A DNA stretch of 64,000 nt from Eledone cirrhosa (lineage: Eukaryota), in the NCBI GenBank assembly GCA_964016885.1, contig OZ024743.1, positions 65,162,001 through 65,226,000 of the forward strand, given 5' to 3'. A model generated the notes under the pieces. It was not told the origin of the DNA. It did no database searches and was given only the letters and a program-made list of their open reading frames with translations. Below are positions 10,241 to 20,643 of this stretch, one piece after another. Numbering within the stretch: the stretch's first letter is position 1; each line of letters opens with the position of its first letter. The translations under genes were made by a program, and so were the position numbers.

Positions 10241-12420
10241 ATATCCTCCTCAGCATCAGGATGTGACTGGTGGTTGATCTTCCTTCTCTGAAGCCGTTCT
10301 GGTTGTCCCTGAGCTTCTCCATCTCAGGCTGGATCCTGTTAAGAATCATCCTGTTGAGGGTCTTTGCCACAAGTGACGTCAGTAAGATCCCCCTGTAGTT
10401 GTTGGTGTTAGAGAGATCTCCTTTCTTTGGCACTGGGACGATGTTACTGATCCTCCACTGATTCGGGGCAACTCCTTTCTCCAGTGCCCCGTTACAGAAC
10501 CCCAGGATGATATTATCAAAATCACACCTCTCCATCACCTCTGATGCCACTCCATCTTCACCATGAGCCTTGCCCTCCTTGATCCTCTTCTTGGCTCTCT
10601 GAAGCTCCTCTCTGGTGAAGGGCTCTGTCTCAACATCCAGTTCCTCAAACAGCCGCCTGATCTCCCCAGTGCTCTGGGCTGTGGAGGGTGGCTCTCCTAG
10701 TAGGGTCCTAAAATGGTCTAGCCATTTCCTCTTCCTATCCTCGGGCCCTGTTCCCTGGATCTGACTCGAACACCTTCTCTTTCTCCCTGTGATCTCGTTG
10801 ATGATCATCCAGCTCTCCTTACATCCAGATCTGTCAACCGCTCTCTCCACACTTCTGATCTTCTCTATCAGTGCCTCCTCTCTGACCTCAGTGTATGTGG
10901 TACAGAGTTCTTCCCTCATCACCTCCACAGTCTCCATCCTCTCCTCCATAGGATCAGCATAGAATTGGTCCTTGGCAGCTTTCAGGTGTTCTCTGGCTGC
11001 ACACACTTTTGGGTTTGCAGAGCTGACGTGCTTCTTTTGTTCCTTTTCCTCGGCACCAGGGTTTCACTTGCTTCCGCCACTGCATTGGTGAAGTGCCTGT
11101 ACCTCCTCGTCACACTCTCCCCAGTCCATCCAATCTCTCTCTCCTCTGACTCTCCACACAGAGCACTAAACCTGTTTCTCACTTCCACTGTGAACCTCTC
11201 CTGTAGCTTATCATCTTCCTTGAAAGATCCCCAGTCATAGATTGCTCTCTGGAGCCGAGCCTTGCTCTTTCTTAAGCTCACCCGGACCTCACTCATAACA
11301 AGCCGGGTATGACATTAAACTACATCCAGTGACAAGGCTCCAGTTCGGGAGTTCAGGAGTTGTGGGGAATGTGGAGTTACCCCTTAGTTGTCATGACTCC
11401 CAGGTCTGCCCTGGCCTGGAGTAGTAGTACCTGTTAGGGCTCCATTTATGGGTTAAATAACTACCTTATTCGAGTGGCGCCGGTAAGGTATTGTCAGCCA
11501 TTGAAAAGAAATATGGAGAGTCGATCTAACAGCACTAGGGTTAGAGCTCCTAATTACACTGTCAAGGAGCAGTCTGATCGTTATGACTCTGCTGGCTTAG
11601 AGCCACAGAGAGGGCCAGTGGATGATGGATCAGCTGTCTCTGAGACAAATATAAAGAATGCAGTTTTGTCCTGCAGAAGAGCCAATCAAAATGGGCACTT
11701 TGAATGTGAGGACTATTCGGACGCTGGAGAAGAGAGAGGAGTTAGGACATCTGTTCGAGGAGAGTGGTATACAGATACTTGCGATCCAAGAACACAGGAT
11801 CCTACATGATGAGCCCGTGAGGAGTGTGATGATCGGGAAGAGGAGCCAGCTCATCACTACATCGGCAGTGAAGAACACAACAAATGCTGCAGTAGGAGGA
11901 GTGGGTTTTGTGTTCAGTGCAAAAACAAATCTATTGGTGAGGGAAATAATGCCTGTCTCCCCGCCAGTGTTGAGGGTGACCTTCAATGGAAACCCAAGAC
12001 TGACAGTCATCTCAGCCTATAGTCTAACCGAGGGGGACAGTGATGTGAGTGCGGAAGAGTTCCATGAGGAGGTGTGTAGAGCTGTCAACACCACTCAAGC
12101 ACACAATATCCTACTTGTTTTGGGGGACTTCAATGCACATCTGAGTAAGGAGGGCAGTGACGTTCCTTGCTGGTACTTCCATAACAACACCAACCGAAAT
12201 GGAAGACTACTGAGAGACACCCTGCTGGAGGCGAACTTGATAACGACCAACCTAAGGTTTAGGAAGAATCTGGGGAAGATGTGGACCTACATCTCAGATA
12301 TGCACCTGTCCAAGTCCCAGATTGATTTCATTCTGGTGAGGAAAAAGTGGAGGAATAGTGTTCTGAACACAGAACCATACAACTATTTCAGTACACTGGG
12401 TAGTGACCACCAGCTTGTTA
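10241..12420. mobile_element. RTE-group LINE with inverted 5' part (APE endonuclease on +, linker/RT N-terminus on -)
   Basis: + strand 11658..12420: MGTLNVRTI, IQEHR, GDFNA, IDFILV, SDH. Minus strand 11306..10241 continues RLVMSEVRV..PVPKKGDLS..NYRGI..QNGFREGRST. Confidence 0.88.
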
Positions 12421-12520
12421 TATATATAGATAAGTAAATATATATATATATATATATAAGTAAATATATATATTTATATATATATAAGTAAATAATATAT
12501 ATATATATTATATATAAGTA

Positions 12521-12557
<37 letters not shown>

Positions 12558-12670
12558 TAAATATATATACATATATATATAAATAAATTATATATACATA
12601 TATATATAAATAAATTATATATATATATATATATATAAGTAAATATATATACATATATATATAAGTAAAT

Positions 12671-12724
<54 letters not shown>

Positions 12725-12757
12725 TAAATATATATACATATATATATAAGTAAATAA

Positions 12758-14238
12758 TATCATCATCATCATCATCATCAACGTTTAACGTCCGTGTTCC
12801 ACGCTTGCATGGGTTTGGACGTAGTCCCACTTGAGGCAAGAGTGAATTGTCTTGCTCGCATAGGACTGTCTGGCAGGTTTTCTACAGTTGGATGCCCTTC
12901 CTAACACCAACCACATTTACAGTGTGGGTCTGGGAGGTTTTTACCGTGTTGCCTACACGGCCACATTACAGCGTGGACTGTGTGTTTTTTTGTCGTGACA
13001 CCTACACGATCTCATTTGTTTCGGCCTGGATGGCGCGGCACCAACATAACTTTACATAGAACGGGGTGGTGTGGATGGGGTGGGGGTGGTGGCGGGACGG
13101 GGTGTATTTTGTTAGAGATGCCTACTGGCAAGGCGGGTCTTCTCTGTTACTGAGTACCGCCAAAGGTCTCGGTCCAGTGACATTGTCTTGGAGAGGTGTA
13201 AGTGTGTGAGGTCGGAGTTTATCAGCTCATCCCATGTTTTTCTAGGTCTGCCTATTCCTTGGCTACCGTCTATCTTTATTGCCCTGCACTTTGTTATACA
13301 GCTATCGACTTTCATGCGCATCACGTGTCCATACCAACGCAGCCTTCTCTCGAGTAAACAACATCTGATCCCTCTTATCTCTAATTTTTTCCTTAGTTCG
13401 TTTATGCTTTGCCGTTCACGTATATTACTGTTACACATCCAGCGGAGCATGCAAGCTTCGTTCCTCTCTAGTCTGCGTATATCCTCTGCACACAATGCCC
13501 AGGTCTCACTACCATGCAACATTGCTGTTCATATGCAGGCATCGTACAACCTGCCTTTTATTTTTAGGGAGAACCCTTTAGCAGCTAATAGTGGTATAAG
13601 CTCTCTGAACTTTTTCCAACCAGTTCTGACTCTAGCTACAGTACTTTCAGAGCACCCTCCCCCACTGCTGATTTTATCGCCCAGGTAACGGAAGCTGTCC
13701 ACTATTTCTATAGAACCCTCTGCGCAATTGAAAGAGCTAGTATTTTGTGGGCACTTGCTGCTACTTATTGCACCAGAACACTGGCCACATGTAAAATCTA
13801 TGTTCTTAGTTAGCTTACCTGTGATCCCACTACATCTTTTATGCACCCATACTTTGCATTTAGGACATAAAATGGAGTTTCTACCTACGCCTTTCCTACA
13901 CACCGAGCACGACCATTTCCCAGAAGGGACCGCCGCCTTGTTTTCTTTCCTACAAACTAGAACTTTGGTCTTAGCCAGGTTAATTTTAAGGCCTTTTGAC
14001 TCTAGGCCGTGCTTCCATGTTTGGAATTTCTTCTCTAGCTCGGCCATTGATTCCGCTATGAGTGTCAGGTCGTCTGCGTATAGGAGTTCCCATGGGCAGC
14101 CTGTCTTGAACTCCTCTGTTATAGCCTGAAGGGCAATAATAAATAGTAGGGGGCTGAGAACAGAGCCCTGATGGACGCCAACTTTTACGCTAAACTCTTC
14201 ACTATATTCGTTGTTAATTCTAACCTTGCTGACTGTTT

Positions 14239-14242
<4 letters not shown>
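12758..14242 (-). mobile_element. RTE LINE, 5'-truncated 3' half with (GAT)n tail
   Basis: [33 protein letters not shown]. One in-frame TGA at 13529. 3'UTR ends in (GAT)n. Confidence 0.92.
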
Positions 14243-14277
<35 letters not shown>

Positions 14278-14464
14278 TAAATATATATATATATATATAT
14301 AAGTAAATATATATACATATATATATAAGTAAATAATATATATATATATATATTATAAGTAAATATATATATATAAGTAAACATATATATATATATATAT
14401 ATATATATAAGTAAATATATATATATATATATATATAAGTAAATATATATATATATGTATATGT

Positions 14465-14820
14465 AGATCTCTGGTTAAATCGGCGATAACCACAGTAAGT
14501 AAGTAAGGTACTCAATACATAACAGAGTAAAAGTCATTTAATATAGAAATGGCTTCTACAGGACTAGAACTGATTAATTCAGAGGAAATCATCAGAAATC
14601 CTAATTTTCTGGTATTTATACATTTTGTCATGGTAAGGGAAGGGTAGTGGTTGGGGGGGGGGGGTCATGGTGGGATTAAATGATGGGGATTCTTAGAAAT
14701 AACATAATTTATTTAGAGAAAGAAGTTTAGTGGCAAGTTTGAAAAAAAGGTATGTCAGGTAGTTGATGGAACATCTGTGGAAATGGTAGGTTAGGACCAG
14801 GTGATAAGCACACACGCCAA
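14465..14820 (-). mobile_element. Solo diverged pLTR related to the PLE at 2627-6466, with degenerate HHR (14551-14601)
   Basis: Shares gataaccacagtaagtaaggtactcaatacat and cttctacaggactagaactg. The HHR GAAA is mutated to TAAT. Confidence 0.8.
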
Positions 14821-14898
14821 CACACACACACACACATAAATACATATATACACATACATATACATATATACAGACACACATACACACATGTATATATG

Positions 14899-14929
<31 letters not shown>

Positions 14930-15083
14930 GCATATATATATACATATATATATATATGTAGGAGGTGAGTTTTATTGTAGTACAATAAAGCAATGCAGAT
15001 ATCGGATAAGAAGCACTCTACAGTTTGTAGGACTGGAGTATGCATAATATAAGATCAAAAGATGGTTAAAGGAGTTCCATGTA

Positions 15084-15150
15084 TTTTATTATGCGCATTT
15101 CAAAAACAAACATCATCATGCAATAATATTTGTGTTTTCATCAGATAAAA
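15084..15150 (-). ncRNA. Type I hammerhead ribozyme (left arm)
   Basis: Reverse complement of 15261-15327. Confidence 0.85.
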
Positions 15151-15260
15151 CAGGAGAACATGATATGAAGGCTAAAAAACACTTGTGGATAGTGCAGATA
15201 TGTTGATTTAAAACTGCACTATCCACAAGTGTTTTTTAGCCTTCATATCATGTTCTCCTG

Positions 15261-15327
15261 TTTTATCTGATGAAAACACAAATATTATTGCATGATGATG
15301 TTTGTTTTTGAAATGCGCATAATAAAA
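15261..15327 (+). ncRNA. Type I hammerhead ribozyme (right arm)
   Basis: TTTTAT-CTGATGA-[~16-bp stem II, GCAT loop]-GAAA-TGCGCA-TA-ATAAAA. Confidence 0.85.
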
Positions 15328-15410
15328 TACATGGAACTCCTTTAACCATCTTTTGATCTTATATATATATATATACACATATATACACATATACACACAT
15401 ATATACACAG

Positions 15411-15477
<67 letters not shown>

Positions 15478-15746
15478 TACATATACACACATATACACAC
15501 TTATAAACATATATATATACACACATACACATACATACACAGACACATACACACATACACACATATATATATACATACATATATATATACGCACATATAT
15601 ATATATACATACATATATATATACATACATATATACATATACATACACACATATATATATGCATACACACATACACGCATCCACATATATACACACATAC
15701 ATACACATACATATATGCACATACATACATACACACATACATACAT

Positions 15747-15805
<59 letters not shown>

Positions 15806-15926
15806 GATACATACATACACACACAAACACACATATATACAAATATACACATATATACACATACATACACACACATATATACATATATATACACATATAT
15901 ACACACACACACATATATATATAGAT

Positions 15927-16289
15927 GGAGGCACATGGCTTAGTGGTTAGAGCATTGGCCTTGCAATTGAAAGGTTGTGAGTTCAATTCTCAGACCGGGT
16001 GATGTGTTGTTTCCTTGAGCAAGACACTTTATTTCACATTGCTCCAGTTTACTCAGCTGTAGAAATGAGATGATAGGGACTGGGGTCCCTATCATTCCAC
16101 TGTAAAGTGGTCGTGGAGGTGCCATGGCAAAAAGAGCACCCAGCACTCACTGTAAATGAGGTTGGTGTTAGGAAGAGCATCCAGCTGTAGAAATCAAGCC
16201 AGAATCAGTTCCCGTACCACCCTTGCAAGCAGGGAAAAGCGGGCATAAAATGATGATGATGATGATGATGATGATGATGGTGATGATGA
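15927..16289 (+). mobile_element. tRNA-derived CORE-type SINE with RTE-derived 3' tail and (GAT)n
   Basis: A box TGGCTTAGTGG, B box GTTCAATTC, CORE-like ccttgagcaagacacttt..cagtttactcagctgtagaaatg. The tail ggttggtgttaggaagagcatcc matches the RTE 3'UTR at about 12890-12913 (-). Confidence 0.85.
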
Positions 16290-19200
16290 TTTCTTTATTA
16301 GCCACAAGGGCGCAACTAGAAAAGGGGACAATACAAAGACATGCCGGGGATTTTACATACAGTCGTGTAAAAAATATAAAAACAAACAATTACAACAATC
16401 GAAATCTCCAATAGGGGGGAGGCCCCACAAATGGGTTATTTAATACCCCTTTCTTCCTTTTGCTCTCTTCCTCAACCTACAGGCTTATAAACAGAGAAGG
16501 CCCAATCACTCGGGCCATTTTCGCTTCATTCACCCACCTTTCAGTAAATTTACTGGGGTGCAGTGCCTCTCTTTCCACCCTGATTCTCCTTCTAAAGTGA
16601 TACTTAAAGAAGGGAATCAATTGTTGTCCGGAGAGAAAGGCATCTGTCCTCAGTCCTCTCAACCTCGTCCACCATATAACTTCTTTCACCATAGCCACCG
16701 TGCAGAGGAAAACCGCCTCTCTTTCGTTTTTGAAAGAGGCTGGCGGTTTGATCCTTACTATGGACTCAGCAGTCAACTGGATTTGTCCCATACGCGACAG
16801 CAGTTGTTCTGTATAGTTCCACAGGTCGGTTACGCCCGGGCAGTGTACAATTGCGTGCAGAACTGTTTCAATGTCCTGCGCACATCTTGGACACGTCCTC
16901 TTGGAAGGATCCCTGCCGGGGCGTCTGTGCCTGTAGATCTTGTCACGAACCGGTAGAGCTCCTCGGTAGCATTGCCAGGCCAAGGACCTCTGGAAGTTGT
17001 CCATAGGTCCCGGGCGGAAATTCCTACCAAACAGACTGGTGAGCTTATTGTCTTCGACGCCCATAGTCTCTCCGAGCACGTCGTCACCCTTGAAACGTAC
17101 AATCCCTCTATAGAATGTCGAAGTGGAGTCTCCACTGATTGCTGTGCCTTGTTGCCAGAGGACTGAGAGCGCCTGAGCGCATTCAATGTGCCAGGTGCCC
17201 ATCGTTTTCGGTCTTTTCTTCACCCAGGGCTGCAGCTCCGTTAGCGAGACGAGCTGTGGGAAAGCCTGTCCCACAAACGGTGCCCACACCGGTTGGGGGT
17301 CGGTGAGGAATACCTGGAGATGCGCAGCCTCAGCGCATGTTTGCGCATCATCAGCCACGGCATTCCCAGCCCTCCGTTGGAAGGGTGCTGACAGCAGACG
17401 GATCTCCTCACCAGCGGAGCCTGCTTCTTCCACAGAAACTGGAAGAGCATGCGTTCCATCTTGGCGAGGTGTTCACGGAGACAAGGCACGACAGTCAAGC
17501 GGTAGTAGATGACGGACGCTATGAAAGTGTTCGCCACTTCCGCTCGACCTTTCAAGGACAGTTTGCACTCTGCCCACTTCTAAGTGAGTGCAAACACCTT
17601 GGCTGTGACCTCGTTCCAGTTTTTCTCCACCTGGAGGTCTGGACCGAACCAGACCCCGAGCAATTTCACCGGTCCATCCGTCCAGCGTCCAACGACGCTG
17701 TCGGATGTCATCGGTTTGCCTCTCCACGTACCCAGTTGCAAACCGACAGACTTGTCTGGGTTTAGTTTTGCTCCCGTCAGCGTTTCGTATTCTTTCAGTA
17801 AGTTGCCGATCACCCCGATTTCCGAGGTGCTCGACACCATTACCGTTACGTCATCGGCACAAGCCGACGCCGCTTTGCACAGTCCCAGTTCTAGGGGCAT
17901 GCCCTGCAACAGCTCCAATTTCCGCAGTAGTGGCTCTAGAGTCAATACATACAGAATGGAGGAGAGAGGGCAGCCCTGTCGAATGGAACGCGTGATTGCG
18001 AACGGCTCCGATAGGTAGCCGTTCACCTTGACCCACGAGCAGATGCTGGTGTGCATCGCCTCGATCCATCCTTTGAACACGGGACCGAAACCGGCCGCCT
18101 TGAGAACCGCTTCCAAGTATCGATGGTCGACCCTTTCGAATGCCTTAGACTGATCCAAGTTGATCAGAGCCCCACCGAAGCCGGGTTTACTACCCACCCT
18201 CTCTATGATGTATCGCATGAGGTGGAGGTTGTCTTGTAAGGACCTGGTCGGGATTGCACACGTTTGCGCTTTCCCGACCAGGTTCTCGACGATAAGCGCC
18301 AACCTCGTCGCTAGCACCTTGGCCAAAATCTTTAACTCTGTGTTGAGCAGAGTTATGGGCCTGAAGTTGTTAATTTCGTCCCCCTTGTTCTCGTCTTTCC
18401 TGATCAGCGTTACTACGCCCTTGCCTGCAGAACTGGGAATTCTCCCATTCTGCTGCCAATTGCAGTAGATGGCTTTGAGGACGCCAGAGAACAAGTCCGG
18501 CATGCCTATGTAAAATTCGTAGGGTAGACCATCTAGACCGGGTGACTTGCGTTTCCCGCAGCGGCCCAGAGCGTCCCGTATCTCAGTGTCCGTGATCGGT
18601 CTTTCCAGGGCATCCCTAGGCCACGCACATTCACGGTTCCAACTCGTAAACTAGCCATGTTGGTGAAGAAAAGTTGGAGAAAAAGGACGAAAGGTGCACT
18701 TACTTTTTCGTTTCCTGGAGATTGGGTTGTTCAATCTCCATTTGGGTGCTGGATGGGATGTTGGGTGGGGTGGGGAAACATTTCAACAAGACGCGGTTGA
18801 TGGGTTTGTGGCAGGGGTTGCCCACGTCCTGTGAAAATTTAATTTTTAGGTCTTTATAGGTTTCCATAGAAACCCTTATAAGTTTAAGGTGTGGAGACGA
18901 TTCTGCCTTGACGAAAGTTTTGCCCTCCGTCTCCACCTTGGGGTTTTGGGAGATGACCTCCATCAAACTCTTGTTGTTTGTGTTGATGTATGCGTATTGT
19001 TTGTGTTTTTGTTGTGTTGTTTTAGTTTGTTGTTCATCTGGGAGTTTTCTTTTTATGGTGGGTGCTTGTGTTTGGGGTGGTGTTGGTGCTGGTTTTGCTG
19101 ATAGGGGAATGTTTGACTGTGGTGTTTGTGTTGTTGTTTGTGTCTGTGGTTGTGTGTTGGTGTTGGTGATAAGAGTTTTGGGGGTTTTGTGGTGTCTCTT

Positions 19201-20630
19201 TTTTTGTTTTTTAGATTTCCGCGGTTCTCCCTCTTCTTCACTTAAAGAAGAAGAAGAAGCAGCTTCATCCGTTGATGAATAATCATCGTCAGGTGTGTGG
19301 GGTAAGGGTATGTTGTGTGGTGGTGGTGTTTCGGTATGTGTGTTTGTGGTAGTGTTTGATGGAGTGGGATGGAGTGGAGATGTGTTCTTCAGGGGTGTTG
19401 TCTCTGTTTTTTCTGTTGTTGTTGGTTGAGTGTCTGTTTGTTTTGGTGTGGTTGCTCGTTTCATCTGTCGTTGTACTTGTGGTGGTGGTGGTTGTTTTGG
19501 TGTTGGTGTTGGTAATAGTGTTTTTTTTATGATGTTGTTGTGTTTGTGGACAAGAGGCTTTTAGGTGAGCTGTGCTACCACAGCGAAAGCAATGAAATTT
19601 TCGTCCTTCTACCGAAATGTTTATTTTGTTGTTATTATCAATAACGGCTCTTTCGGGTATTTTGGAGATTCTCTCCGGTTTCATTTGCAACAGAATCTCC
19701 AAATCTGTGCCTGCCCACCTTTGTCGAATAGATTTTCGTATTGAAAGTATCATATCTGTTTCTGGCTCTACGAAGCCAACCAAGATCCACCAGATGTTAA
19801 TGTTTAGAGGTATGTTTTTTTTTATTTTTTGTGTCCTTTTCCCCATGTATGTAGGGAAAAAGGTGTATGCTTTTGATACCATTGGTGTCACAGAGTTTTT
19901 TGGGGCGAGTGCCTTGCTTTTAAACAGTACGGAAACACTTCCGTACTGTTTTGCTCGCTGGAGAAAATCGACATTTGCTAGAATTTCCTTGAAAATATCT
20001 TCTATATCTGCTTGATTAACAAATGTCGGCTTTCTTGTCGAATTTGACACAGTCCTAAAAGTGACTGATCTGCGGATTGTGTCTTCCTTTATTTCAAGGG
20101 AAGAGTTAATTCTAAACCCACCTCTTTCTTCGAAAGTTACAAATTTTCTCCCTTGCTGGAGCATATCTCTTGCGTTGGAGATAGCAAGATTTAATGGGTT
20201 TAATTCCTGTGTTTTCCTGTGTATTATTGTTATTTTTCTCCGCTTCGACGGTAGAAATTTTAAAATTTTCAAGTGTTAATATATTTTTCTCTTTGGTGAC
20301 AGTTGTATCTATGGCGACGTCCATAGTAGCAGAAGCAGATATAACATTAATATCTACCTCTTTCTCTCTCTTTTGTCTATTAACGTTCTCCAGCGTTTTT
20401 GTGTTGCTCAAGTTATTTAGTTTGTAAAATCTGATATTTTAAAACAAATTTTTAAAATAAAATTTTCGCCCCTACAGGGGCGAAAAATGGGATTACCACC
20501 CAGCTGACAATTCAGCTTGGGGGTTAATCTACAAAGTGTTATGTTTTTTCAAACAATTAGTTTGGTTTTTTGCATAGAAATTAACAAAAAAGCTTACCGG
20601 CGATGTTCCACACGTCTGACAGAAAGAGAG
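16290..20630 (-). mobile_element. Tx1-clade LINE copy A (ORF1 with CCHC; ORF2 lacking most of APE)
   Basis: ORF1 CFRCGSTAHLKASC. ORF2 MASLRVGTVNVRGL jumps directly to PITDTEI. RT motifs NFRPITLLNTELKILAK, IRQGCPLS, ADD; C-terminal CPRC..ETVLHAIVHC. 3' AATAAA. Confidence 0.9.
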
Positions 20631-20643
20631 ACAGATAGATATG

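Larger units (their letters stand above)
14960..15364. mobile_element. Non-coding fold-back pLTR: perfect 151-bp inverted repeat (15047-15197 / 15214-15364) with a 16-bp spacer
   Basis: The arms are exact reverse complements and each contains an HHR. Embedded in (TA)n. Confidence 0.88.

Noticed and set aside
15927-16000. Possible tRNA gene
   Set aside because: The A/B boxes continue into a CORE-like domain and LINE tail, so it is a SINE head.
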